In this document: one piece after another, positions 1 through 16,845 of the stretch
Position numbering within the stretch: position 1 is the first letter of the stretch
How the letters are laid out: every line of letters begins with the position of its first letter
NCBI RefSeq assembly: GCF_024502345.1
Contig: NZ_JALDNN010000001.1
From: Escherichia coli
Lineage (GTDB): Bacteria > Pseudomonadota > Gammaproteobacteria > Enterobacterales > Enterobacteriaceae
Length of the DNA: 64,000 bases
Direction: 5' to 3' (one strand)
Notes under the pieces: model-generated
Seen by the model: only the letters and a program-made list of their open reading frames with translations
What the model was told of the DNA's origin: nothing
Databases searched by the model: none
Translations under genes and position numbers: made by a program

Positions 1-3000
1 ACAAGGAGCGGAATTTACATTATCACCAGAAAATGAAACTGGAATGACTCTGTTTGCCAATAACACCGTTTCAGGAGAATATAATAACGGCGGGGCAATA
101 TTTGCTAAAGAAAACTCAACGCTGAATCTTACGGATGTTATTTTTTCTGGTAACGTCGCAGGCGGCTATGGTGGCGCAATCTATTCTTCTGGTACTAACG
201 ATACCGGTGCCATCGATTTACGTGTCACTAACGCCGTGTTTCGCAATAACATCGCTAATGACGGCAAAGGTGGTGCAATTTATACCATCAATAATGATAT
301 CTATTTAAGTGATGATGTTTTTAACAATAACCAGGCATATACATCAACAAGTTACAGTGATGGCGATGGCGGCGCAATCGATGTCACAGATAATAATAGC
401 GACAGCAAGCATCCTTCAGGTTATACGATAATAAATAACACTGCCTTTACAAATAACACTGCCGAAGGTTATGGCGGGGCGATATATACCAATAGCGCGA
501 CGGCTCCCTATCTTATTGATATTTCTGTTGATGACAGCTACAGCCAGAACGGAGGCGTGTTAGTCGATGAGAACAATAGCGCAGCAGGCTATGGAGATGG
601 TCCTTCCTCTGCGGCGGGTGGCTTTATGTATCTCGGCTTAAGTGAAGTTACCTTTGATATTGCCGACGGAAAAACGCTGGTTATCGGCAATACAGAGAAT
701 GACGGAGCTGTTGACTCTATTGCTGGTACCGGGTTGATCACCAAAACAGGTTCCGGCGATCTGGTACTTAATGCAGATAACAATGACTTTACTGGTGAGA
801 TGCAGATTGAAAACGGTGAAGTTATTCTGGGCCGCAGCAACTCCCTGATGAATGTCGGAGATACTCATTGCCAGGACGATCCGCAAGACTGCTACGGTCT
901 GACGATAGGGAGTATTGATAAGTACCAGAATCAGGCAGAGCTAAACGTTGGCTCGACCCAACAAACTTTTGTGCACGCATTGACGGGCTTTCAGAATGGC
1001 ACTTTAAATATCGATGCTGGTGGCAACGTTACTGTTAATCAGGGCAGTTTTGCTGGCATCATCGAAGGTGCTGGTCAGCTCACCATTGCGCAAAACGGCA
1101 GCTACGTGCTGGCAGGGGCGCAGTCGATGGCGCTAACCGGCGATATAGTCGTTGATGATGGTGCGGTGCTTTTGCTGGAAGCCGACGCGGCAGATCTTAC
1201 CGCTCTCCAGGACGATCCGCAGTCGATCGTGTTAAACGGCGGTGTGCTCGATCTCTCTGATTTCTCCACCTGGCAGAGCGGCACATCATACAATGATGGC
1301 CTTGAAGTCAGTGGCAGCAGCGGAACGGTTATCGGCAGTCAGGATGTGGTAGATCTTGCAGGCGGAAACGATATGCATATCGGCGGCGACGGGAAAGATG
1401 GCGTCTACGTGGTGATCGATGCGGGTGACGGGCAGGTCAGCCTGGCAAATGACAATCAATACCTCGGCACAACGCAAATCGCTTCCGGTACGCTGATGGT
1501 GAGCGACAACTCGCAGCTTGGAGATACCCATTATAACCGCCAGGTTATCTTTACCGATAAGCCACAAGAAAGCGTGATGGAGATTACTGCCAATGTCGAT
1601 ACTCGCTCTACAACGACTGAGCATGGGCGTGATATTGAAATGCGCGCCGACGGTGAAGTGGCAGTTGATGCGGGGGTAGACACGCAGTGGGGCGCACTGA
1701 TGGCTGACAGCAGCGGGCAGCATCATGATGAGGGTAGCACATTGACGAAAACGGGGGCGGGTACGCTGGAGCTGACCGCCAGCGGTACAACGCAGTCGGC
1801 GGTACGTGTCGAAGAAGGCACCCTGAAAGGTGATGTTGCTGATATCCTTCCTTATGCTTCATCACTGTGGGTTGGTGACGGGGCAACGTTCGAGACTGGC
1901 GCGGATCAGGATATTCAGTCTATCGATGCTACTTCCAGCGGCACTATCGACATCAGCGATGGTACGGTTTTGCGCCTGACCGGGCAGGATACTTCCGTCG
2001 CCCTTGATGCCTCACTGTTTAACGGCGATGGGACGCTGGTAAATGCTACCGATGGCGTGACGTTGACAGGCGAGCTTAATACCAACCTTGAAACTGACAG
2101 CCTGACCTATCTTGCTGACGTGACGGTTAATGGTGATCTGACCAATACGTCCGGTGCGGTTAGCCTGCAAAATGGCGTCGCTGGCGATACGCTGACGGTA
2201 AACGGTGATTATACCGGCGGCGGTACGCTACTGTTCGACAGCGAATTAAACGGCGATGACTCGGTAAGCGATCAATTGGTGATGAACGGTAATACTGCTG
2301 GCAACACAACTGTGGTGGTTAACTCCATTACAGGGATTGGTGAGCCGACATCGACAGGCATTAAAGTGGTTGATTTCGCAGCTGATCCCACGCAGTTTCA
2401 AAACAATGCACAGTTCAGTCTGGCTGGCAGTGGCTACGTCAACATGGGAGCGTATGACTACACGCTAGTGGAAGATAACAACGACTGGTATCTGCGATCG
2501 CAAGAAGTAACGCCGCCATCGCCACCTGAGCCAGACCCGACTCCCGATCCTGATCCCACGCCGGATCCTGACCCAACCCCCGACCCGGCCCCTACGCCTG
2601 CTTACCAGCCGGTGCTGAATGCCAAAGTTGGCGGTTATCTCAATAACCTGCGGGCGGCAAATCAGGCGTTTATGATGGAGCGACGCGATCACGCTGGTAG
2701 CGATGGTCAGACGCTGAATTTACGTGTTATCGGCGGACGTTATCATTACACGGCGGCAGGGCAACTGGCTCAGCAGGAAGACACTTCTACGGTGCAGCTT
2801 AGCGGTGACCTGTTTAGCGGGCGCTGGGGCGATGATGGCGAGTGGATGCTTGGGATTGTAGGTGGCTACAGCGATAACCAGGGCGACAGCCGCTCGAGTA
2901 TGACCGGAACTCGCGCCGATAACCAGAACCACGGTTATGCCGTTGGGCTGACCTCAAGCTGGTATCAGCACGGTAATCAGAAGCAGGGGGCCTGGCTGGA

Positions 3001-3508
3001 TAGCTGGCTGCAATACGCGTGGTTTAACAATGATGTTTCCGAACAAGACGATGGCGTGGATCATTACCATTCGTCGGGGATTATCGCCTCGCTGGAAGCG
3101 GGGTATCAGTGGTTACCGGGGCGTGGTGTGGTGATTGAACCGCAGGCGCAGGTGATTTATCAGGGCGTGCAGCAGGATGATTTTACCGCCGCTAACCGTG
3201 CGCGCGTGTCACAATCGCAGGGTGATGATATTCAGACGCGGCTGGGTTTACACAGCGAATGGCGTACCGCTGTTCATGTCATACCAACATTAGATCTGAA
3301 TTATTATCACGATCCCCATTCGACGGAAATTGAAGAGGATGGCAGCACTATCAGTGACGATGCGGTGAAGCAATGGGGTGAAATAAAAGTGGGAGTCACG
3401 GGCAATATCAGTCAGCGAGTGTCCCTGCGCGGCAGCGTGGCGTGGCAGAAAGGGAGTGATGATTTTGCCCAGACGGCAGGGTTTTTGTCGATGACGGCGA
3501 AATGGTAA
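1..3508 (+). CDS. yfaL: AIDA-type autotransporter adhesin, 5' end outside window (open frame runs to position 2)
   Basis: Long ORF with repeated GGAIY passenger motifs, Pro-rich PDPTPDPDPT linker (about 2521-2590) and a C-terminal beta-barrel ending in W; position next to ubiG/gyrA as in K-12. Confidence 0.85.
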   Translation, partial: QGAEFTLSPENETGMTLFANNTVSGEYNNGGAIFAKENSTLNLTDVIFSGNVAGGYGGAIYSSGTNDTGAIDLRVTNAVFRNNIANDGKGGAIYTINNDIYLSDDVFNNNQAYTSTSYSDGDGGAIDVTDNNSDSKHPSGYTIINNTAFTNNTAEGYGGAIYTNSATAPYLIDISVDDSYSQNGGVLVDENNSAAGYGDGPSSAAGGFMYLGLSEVTFDIADGKTLVIGNTENDGAVDSIAGTGLITKTGSGDLVLNADNNDFTGEMQIENGEVILGRSNSLMNVGDTHCQDDPQDCYGLTIGSIDKYQNQAELNVGSTQQTFVHALTGFQNGTLNIDAGGNVTVNQGSFAGIIEGAGQLTIAQNGSYVLAGAQSMALTGDIVVDDGAVLLLEADAADLTALQDDPQSIVLNGGVLDLSDFSTWQSGTSYNDGLEVSGSSGTVIGSQDVVDLAGGNDMHIGGDGKDGVYVVIDAGDGQVSLANDNQYLGTTQIASGTLMVSDNSQLGDTHYNRQVIFTDKPQESVMEITANVDTRSTTTEHGRDIEMRADGEVAVDAGVDTQWGALMADSSGQHHDEGSTLTKTGAGTLELTASGTTQSAVRVEEGTLKGDVADILPYASSLWVGDGATFETGADQDIQSIDATSSGTIDISDGTVLRLTGQDTSVALDASLFNGDGTLVNATDGVTLTGELNTNLETDSLTYLADVTVNGDLTNTSGAVSLQNGVAGDTLTVNGDYTGGGTLLFDSELNGDDSVSDQLVMNGNTAGNTTVVVNSITGIGEPTSTGIKVVDFAADPTQFQNNAQFSLAGSGYVNMGAYDYTLVEDNNDWYLRSQEVTPPSPPEPDPTPDPDPTPDPDPTPDPAPTPAYQPVLNAKVGGYLNNLRAANQAFMMERRDHAGSDGQTLNLRVIGGRYHYTAAGQLAQQEDTSTVQLSGDLFSGRWGDDGEWMLGIVGGYSDNQGDSRSSMTGTRADNQNHGYAVGLTSSWYQHGNQKQGAWLDSWLQYAWFNNDVSEQDDGVDHYHSSGIIASLEAGYQWLPGRGVVIEPQAQVIYQGVQQDDFTAANRARVSQSQGDDIQTRLGLHSEWRTAVHVIPTLDLNYYHDPHSTEIEEDGSTISDDAVKQWGEIKVGVTGNISQRVSLRGSVAWQKGSDDFAQTAGFLSMTAKW

Positions 3509-3520
3509 TCGCTGTCTGAC

Positions 3521-3615
3521 CATCACTATTGCCGGATGCGGCGTAAACGCCTTATCTGGCCTACGGAGAGCATTTGTAGGCCTGATAAGACGCGGCAAGC
3601 GTCGCATCAGGCATT
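3521..3615. repeat. REP/BIME palindromic elements (inverted pair)
   Basis: gccggatgcggcgtaaacgccttatctggcctac followed by inverted gtaggcctgataagacgcg...gcgtcgcatcaggc, matching REP consensus. Confidence 0.7.
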
Positions 3616-3648
3616 GGCGCGGTTGCCGGATGAATCCAAACAACAACC

Positions 3649-4371
3649 TCACTTATTCTGCGTGTGCAGCATATAGTTCACATCCACGCCGGGGCCGAGT
3701 TTAAAAGTATTAGTGATCGGGTTGTAATGTAGCCCGGTTATATGTCGCTCTTTAAGGCTTGTCTGATCTACCCAGCCAAGCAGCTCTGCCGGTTTAATAA
3801 ACTTCTTCACATCATGCGTGCCTTTGGGCACCATGCGCAAAATATATTCCGCGCCAACCACCGCCATCAGCCATGACTTGCCGTTGCGGTTAAGCGTCGA
3901 GAAAAAGACATCGCCGCCCGGTTTCACCAGTTGCGCACAGGCTCTGACCACTGACTGCGGATCGGGGACGTGCTCCAGCATCTCCATGCAGGTCACCACA
4001 TCATACTGCCCGGCATGTTTTGCCGCGTGCTCTTCCACGGTTTCCTGCACGTAATCCACCTGAATGCCGCTTTCCAGCGCGTGCAGCTTTGCCACCTGCA
4101 ATGGCTCAAAGCCCATATCCAGACCGGTCACCGTCGCGCCTTCGCGCGCCATACTCTCGGCCAGAATGCCGCCGCCACAACCGACATCGAGCACCTTTTT
4201 GCCAAATAAGCCGCCAGCACGCTCGGCAATATAGCCCAGACGCAGCGGGTTAATGCGGTGCAGCGGTTTGAACTCACCTTCCAGATCCCACCAGCGGGAG
4301 GCGACGGCTTCAAATTTAGCGATCTCTTCGTGGTCTACGTTATGGTTTACCGGCGATTTTTCGGCATTCAT
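3649..4371 (-). CDS. ubiG: ubiquinone biosynthesis O-methyltransferase
   Basis: Translation [23 protein letters not shown]... with SAM-binding VLDVGCGGG motif; 240 aa from the internal Met of the 256-aa track ORF. Confidence 0.93.
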
Positions 4372-4464
4372 TGGCACTTCTACTCCGTAATTGGCAAGAC
4401 AAACGAGTATATCAGGCATTGGATGTGAATAAAGCGTATAGGTTTACCTCAAACTGCGCGGCTG

Positions 4465-4473
4465 TGTTATAAT
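4465..4473 (+). promoter_or_regulatory. putative extended -10 element (TGnTATAAT) of gyrA promoter
   Basis: tgttataat about 45 nt upstream of the gyrA ATG, followed by an agaggga ribosome-binding site. Confidence 0.4.
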
Positions 4474-4517
4474 TTGCGACCTTTGAATCCGGGATACAGT
4501 AGAGGGATAGCGGTTAG

Positions 4518-7145
4518 ATGAGCGACCTTGCGAGAGAAATTACACCGGTCAACATTGAGGAAGAGCTGAAGAGCTCCTATCTGGATTATGCGATGTCGGT
4601 CATTGTTGGCCGTGCGCTGCCAGATGTCCGAGATGGCCTGAAGCCGGTACACCGTCGCGTACTTTACGCCATGAACGTACTAGGCAATGACTGGAACAAA
4701 GCCTATAAAAAATCTGCCCGTGTCGTTGGTGACGTAATCGGTAAATACCATCCCCATGGTGACTCGGCGGTTTATGACACGATCGTCCGTATGGCGCAGC
4801 CATTCTCGCTGCGTTACATGCTGGTAGACGGTCAGGGTAACTTCGGTTCCATCGACGGCGACTCTGCGGCGGCAATGCGTTATACGGAAATCCGTCTGGC
4901 GAAAATTGCCCATGAACTGATGGCCGATCTCGAAAAAGAGACGGTCGATTTTGTTGATAACTATGACGGCACGGAAAAAATTCCCGACGTCATGCCAACC
5001 AAAATTCCTAACCTGCTGGTGAACGGTTCTTCCGGTATCGCCGTAGGTATGGCAACCAACATCCCGCCGCACAACCTGACGGAAGTCATCAACGGTTGTC
5101 TGGCGTATATCGATGATGAAGACATCAGCATTGAAGGGCTGATGGAACACATCCCGGGGCCGGACTTCCCGACGGCGGCAATCATTAACGGTCGTCGCGG
5201 TATTGAAGAAGCTTACCGTACCGGTCGCGGCAAGGTGTATATCCGCGCTCGCGCAGAAGTGGAAGTTGACGCCAAAACCGGTCGTGAAACCATTATCGTC
5301 CACGAAATTCCGTATCAGGTAAACAAAGCGCGCCTGATCGAGAAGATTGCGGAACTGGTAAAAGAAAAACGCGTGGAAGGCATCAGCGCGCTGCGTGACG
5401 AGTCTGACAAAGACGGTATGCGCATCGTGATTGAAGTGAAACGCGATGCGGTCGGTGAAGTTGTGCTCAACAACCTCTACTCCCAGACCCAGTTGCAGGT
5501 TTCTTTCGGTATCAACATGGTGGCATTGCACCATGGTCAGCCGAAGATCATGAACCTGAAAGACATCATCGCGGCGTTTGTTCGTCACCGCCGTGAAGTG
5601 GTGACCCGTCGTACTATTTTCGAACTGCGTAAAGCTCGCGATCGTGCTCATATCCTTGAAGCATTAGCCGTGGCGCTGGCGAACATCGACCCGATCATCG
5701 AACTGATCCGTCATGCGCCGACGCCTGCAGAAGCGAAAACTGCGCTGGTTGCTAATCCGTGGCAGCTGGGCAACGTTGCCGCGATGCTCGAACGTGCTGG
5801 CGACGATGCTGCGCGTCCGGAATGGCTGGAGCCAGAGTTCGGCGTGCGTGATGGTCTGTACTACCTGACCGAACAGCAAGCTCAGGCGATTCTGGATCTG
5901 CGTTTGCAGAAACTGACCGGCCTTGAGCACGAAAAACTGCTCGACGAATACAAAGAGCTGCTGGATCAGATCGCGGAACTGTTGCGTATTCTTGGTAGCG
6001 CCGATCGTCTGATGGAAGTGATCCGCGAAGAGCTGGAGCTGGTTCGTGAACAGTTCGGTGACAAACGTCGTACTGAAATCACCGCCAACAGCGCAGACAT
6101 CAACCTGGAAGATCTGATCACCCAGGAAGATGTGGTCGTGACGCTCTCTCACCAGGGCTATGTTAAATATCAGCCGCTTTCTGAATACGAAGCGCAGCGT
6201 CGTGGCGGGAAAGGTAAATCTGCCGCACGTATTAAAGAAGAAGACTTTATCGACCGACTGCTGGTGGCAAACACGCACGACCATATTCTGTGCTTCTCCA
6301 GCCGTGGTCGCGTCTATTCGATGAAAGTTTACCAGTTGCCGGAGGCCACTCGTGGCGCGCGCGGTCGTCCGATCGTCAACCTGCTGCCGCTGGAGCAGGA
6401 CGAACGTATCACCGCGATCCTGCCGGTGACCGAGTTTGAAGAAGGCGTGAAAGTCTTCATGGCGACCGCTAACGGTACTGTGAAGAAAACCGTCCTCACC
6501 GAATTCAACCGTCTGCGTACCGCCGGTAAAGTGGCGATCAAACTGGTTGAAGGCGATGAGCTGATCGGCGTTGATCTGACCAGTGGCGAAGATGAAGTAA
6601 TGCTGTTCTCCGCCGAAGGTAAAGTGGTGCGCTTTAAAGAGTCTTCTGTCCGTGCGATGGGCTGCAACACCACCGGTGTTCGCGGTATTCGTTTAGGCGA
6701 AGGCGATAAAGTCGTCTCTCTGATCGTGCCTCGTGGCGATGGCGCAATCCTCACCGCAACGCAGAACGGTTATGGTAAACGTACTGCAGTGGCGGAATAC
6801 CCGACTAAGTCGCGTGCGACGAAAGGGGTTATCTCCATCAAGGTTACCGAACGTAACGGTTTAGTGGTTGGCGCGGTGCAGGTAGATGACTGCGACCAGA
6901 TCATGATGATCACCGATGCCGGTACGCTGGTACGTACGCGCGTTTCAGAAATCAGCATCGTGGGCCGTAACACCCAGGGCGTGATCCTCATCCGTACTGC
7001 GGAAGATGAAAACGTAGTGGGTCTGCAACGTGTTGCTGAACCGGTTGACGAGGAAGATCTGGATACCATCGACGGCAGTGCCGCGGAAGGGGACGATGAA
7101 ATCGCTCCGGAAGTGGACGTTGACGACGAGCCAGAAGAAGAATAA
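4518..7145 (+). CDS. gyrA: DNA gyrase subunit A
   Basis: 875-aa translation beginning [47 protein letters not shown]; acidic C-terminal tail; wild-type S83 and D87 in the QRDR. Confidence 0.98.
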   Translation: MSDLAREITPVNIEEELKSSYLDYAMSVIVGRALPDVRDGLKPVHRRVLYAMNVLGNDWNKAYKKSARVVGDVIGKYHPHGDSAVYDTIVRMAQPFSLRYMLVDGQGNFGSIDGDSAAAMRYTEIRLAKIAHELMADLEKETVDFVDNYDGTEKIPDVMPTKIPNLLVNGSSGIAVGMATNIPPHNLTEVINGCLAYIDDEDISIEGLMEHIPGPDFPTAAIINGRRGIEEAYRTGRGKVYIRARAEVEVDAKTGRETIIVHEIPYQVNKARLIEKIAELVKEKRVEGISALRDESDKDGMRIVIEVKRDAVGEVVLNNLYSQTQLQVSFGINMVALHHGQPKIMNLKDIIAAFVRHRREVVTRRTIFELRKARDRAHILEALAVALANIDPIIELIRHAPTPAEAKTALVANPWQLGNVAAMLERAGDDAARPEWLEPEFGVRDGLYYLTEQQAQAILDLRLQKLTGLEHEKLLDEYKELLDQIAELLRILGSADRLMEVIREELELVREQFGDKRRTEITANSADINLEDLITQEDVVVTLSHQGYVKYQPLSEYEAQRRGGKGKSAARIKEEDFIDRLLVANTHDHILCFSSRGRVYSMKVYQLPEATRGARGRPIVNLLPLEQDERITAILPVTEFEEGVKVFMATANGTVKKTVLTEFNRLRTAGKVAIKLVEGDELIGVDLTSGEDEVMLFSAEGKVVRFKESSVRAMGCNTTGVRGIRLGEGDKVVSLIVPRGDGAILTATQNGYGKRTAVAEYPTKSRATKGVISIKVTERNGLVVGAVQVDDCDQIMMITDAGTLVRTRVSEISIVGRNTQGVILIRTAEDENVVGLQRVAEPVDEEDLDTIDGSAAEGDDEIAPEVDVDDEPEEE

Positions 7146-7166
7146 TTTTACTTCTTCATGCCAAAA

Positions 7167-7186
7167 GGGAGCTATCTCCCTTGTTT
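7167..7186 (+). terminator. putative intrinsic terminator after gyrA
   Basis: gggag-ctat-ctccc hairpin followed by a T-rich tract. Confidence 0.4.
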
Positions 7187-7293
7187 GAATTGAAAAGTCC
7201 AGGCTGCAAAGTCTGGGCTTTTGTCGTATTAGGGCGCGGTAAAGTTTGGCTGTGTCCGTAAAAAATGGCTGGCTATACACAAGGAATGTGGCA

Positions 7294-14140
<6,847 letters not shown>

Positions 14141-15790
14141 GTGAACTGGCGCAGAATCGTCTGGCTATTGGCGTTGGTTACTCTGCCAACGCTTGCGGAG
14201 GAGACGCCGTTACAACTGGCACTGCGCGGTGCGCAGCACGATCAACTGTATCAGCTGTCGTCATCAGGCGTGACCAAAGCCTCGACATTACCTGACTCGC
14301 TCACCACGCCGTTAGGGAGTTTGTGGAAACTGTATGTTTACGCCTGGCTGGAGGATACCCATCAACCGGAGCAGCCCTACCAGTGTCGCGGAAACTCCCC
14401 GGAAGAGGTTTATTGTTGTCAGGCTGGGGAGAGCATAACGAGCGATACCGCGCTGGTACGTTCCTGTGGGCTCTATTTTGCGCCGCAGCGGTTGCATATT
14501 GGCGCAGATGTGTGGGGGCAATACTGGCAACAGCGTCAGGCACCTGCGTGGTTAGCGTCTCTTACTACGCTGAAGCCAGAAACCTCGGTAACGGTTAAAT
14601 CGCTGCTTGATTCATTAGCGACGTTACCTGCGCAAAACAAAGCTCAGGAAGTCTTACTGGATGTGGTGCTGGACGAGGCGAAAATCGGTGTCGCATCCAT
14701 GCTCGGTAGTCGGGTACGGGTGAAAACCTGGAGCTGGTTTGCCGATGATAAACAGGAAATCCGTCAGGGTGGTTTTGCTGGCTGGTTAACCGATGGTACA
14801 CCGCTGTGGGTTACTGGCAGTGGCACCAGCAAAACGGTACTGACCCGTTATGCGACGGTGCTTAATCGGGTTTTGCCAGTGTCGACGCAAGTTGCCAGTG
14901 GGCAATGTGTAGAGGTGGAGCTGTTTGCCCGCTATCCGCTGAAGAAAATCACAGCGGAAAAGAGTACGACGGCAGTAAAACCCGGCGTACTTAATGGGCG
15001 CTATCATGTGACGTTTACTAATGGTAACCACATTACGTTTGTCAGCCACGGTGAGACGACCTTACTGAGCGAAAAGGGCAAACTGAAATTGCAGTCGCAT
15101 CTCGATCGTGAAGAGTACGTTGCCAGAGTTCTGGATCGCGAGGCGAAAAGTACGCCCCCTGAGGCAGCGAAAGCCATGACCGTGGCGATTCGCACTTTTT
15201 TACAGCAAAACGCCAATCGGGAAGGCGATTGCCTGACCATCCCCGACAGCAGCGCCACGCAGCGTGTTTCTGCTTCGCCAGCGACCACGGGGGCGCGAAC
15301 GATGACCGCCTGGACGCAGGATCTCATCTATGCAGGCGATCCGGTTCATTATCATGGCAGTCGCGCTACCGAAGGGACACTTTCCTGGCGGCATGCCATG
15401 GCCCAGGCGGGGCAGGGAGAGCGTTACGACCAGATACTCGTGTTTGCTTATCCCGACAACAGCCTTAGCCGCTGGGGAGCGCCACGCTCAACCTGTCAGT
15501 TATTACCCAAAGCGAAAGCCTGGCTGGCGAAAAAAATGCCGCAGTGGCGGCGTATATTACAAGGCGAGACGGGGTACAACGAACCAGACGTGTTTGCGGT
15601 CTGTCGTTTAGTCTCAGGTTTCCCCTATACCGATCGGCAGCAGAAACGGCTGTTTATTCGTAACTTCTTTACGCTTCAGGATCGGCTGGATTTAACCCAT
15701 GAGTATCTGCACCTGGCCTTTGATGGTTATCCCACCGGGCTTGATGAGAACTATATCGAAACGCTGACCCGACAATTATTAATGGACTAA
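14141..15790 (+). CDS. yfaQ: DUF2300-family periplasmic protein
   Basis: 549-aa ORF starting with GTG immediately after the yfaS stop; signal peptide MNWRRIVWLLALVTLPTLA. Confidence 0.75.
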   Translation: MNWRRIVWLLALVTLPTLAEETPLQLALRGAQHDQLYQLSSSGVTKASTLPDSLTTPLGSLWKLYVYAWLEDTHQPEQPYQCRGNSPEEVYCCQAGESITSDTALVRSCGLYFAPQRLHIGADVWGQYWQQRQAPAWLASLTTLKPETSVTVKSLLDSLATLPAQNKAQEVLLDVVLDEAKIGVASMLGSRVRVKTWSWFADDKQEIRQGGFAGWLTDGTPLWVTGSGTSKTVLTRYATVLNRVLPVSTQVASGQCVEVELFARYPLKKITAEKSTTAVKPGVLNGRYHVTFTNGNHITFVSHGETTLLSEKGKLKLQSHLDREEYVARVLDREAKSTPPEAAKAMTVAIRTFLQQNANREGDCLTIPDSSATQRVSASPATTGARTMTAWTQDLIYAGDPVHYHGSRATEGTLSWRHAMAQAGQGERYDQILVFAYPDNSLSRWGAPRSTCQLLPKAKAWLAKKMPQWRRILQGETGYNEPDVFAVCRLVSGFPYTDRQQKRLFIRNFFTLQDRLDLTHEYLHLAFDGYPTGLDENYIETLTRQLLMD

Positions 15791-15794
15791 TGCT

Positions 15795-16571
15795 ATGCGA
15801 AAGATTTTTCTTCCGTTGTTACTGGTGGCGCTTTCGCCTGTCGCTCACAGTGAAGGTGTGCAGGAAGTCGAGATTGACGCACCGCTCTCAGGCTGGCATC
15901 CGGCAGAGGGCGAAGATGCCAGTTTTTCACAATCGATCAATTACCCGGCGTCGTCCGTCAATATGGCAGATGATCAAAATATCTCAGCGCAGATCCACGG
16001 CAAAATAAAGAATTATGCTGCGGCGGGTAAAGTTCAGCAGGGCCGGCTGGTGGTCAACGGTGCCAGTATGCCGCAGAGAATTGAATCCGATGGTTCATTT
16101 GCACGCCCTTATATTTTCACTGAAGGCAGCAACAGCGTGCAGGTCATCAGCCCAGATGGGCAAAGCCGACAAAAAATGCAGTTTTACTCAACGCTGGGCG
16201 CTGGAGTGATTCGCGCACGTTTACGGCTGGTTCTCTCGTGGGATACGGACAATACCGACCTCGATCTTCACGTTGTCACGCCCGATGGCGAACACGCCTG
16301 GTACGGTAACACCGTGCTGAAAAACAGTGGTGCACTGGATATGGATGTCACGACGGGGTATGGACCCGAGATTTTCGCCATGCCAGCGCCAGTTCACGGG
16401 CGCTATCAGGTGTATATCAACTACTACGGCGGGCGCAGCGAAACGGAATTAACCACCGCCCAACTGACGCTGATCACCGATGAAGGATCGGTCAATGAGA
16501 AACAGGAAACATTTATTGTACCGATGCGTAATGCTGGCGAGCTGACGCTGGTGAAAAGTTTTGACTGGTGA
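15795..16571 (+). CDS. yfaP: DUF2135-family secreted protein
   Basis: 258-aa ORF with signal peptide MRKIFLPLLLVALSPVAHS, last gene of the cluster. Confidence 0.75.
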   Translation: MRKIFLPLLLVALSPVAHSEGVQEVEIDAPLSGWHPAEGEDASFSQSINYPASSVNMADDQNISAQIHGKIKNYAAAGKVQQGRLVVNGASMPQRIESDGSFARPYIFTEGSNSVQVISPDGQSRQKMQFYSTLGAGVIRARLRLVLSWDTDNTDLDLHVVTPDGEHAWYGNTVLKNSGALDMDVTTGYGPEIFAMPAPVHGRYQVYINYYGGRSETELTTAQLTLITDEGSVNEKQETFIVPMRNAGELTLVKSFDW

Positions 16572-16845
16572 TCCATCCCTTCACACAACCTGGCTCTTTC
16601 TTTTTTCAGATAAGACTGCTGGGCGATCTGCCGACGCCAGGATATAACCATTAACAAGCGTCGGCAGATTGGTCATTTCTTATTTTTCGTACTGAGAACT
16701 GTCCATTTACTCCGGCTTTCCTGGTTAAGGCAATGGTTTCTAAGCGATACGCATTATTGCAATGGTGACAGAACATTGCGGTAACACGCTTTTACCGCTA
16801 CCTTAACCACACTCCATCGGTCACCTGAGGCGGAGCTTCGCCCCT

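Noticed and set aside
4680-5651. 323-aa ORF on the minus strand inside gyrA (also 5664-6284 and 6329-6754)
   Set aside because: Antisense to a clearly identified, highly conserved gene; open only because of the codon bias of the sense strand.
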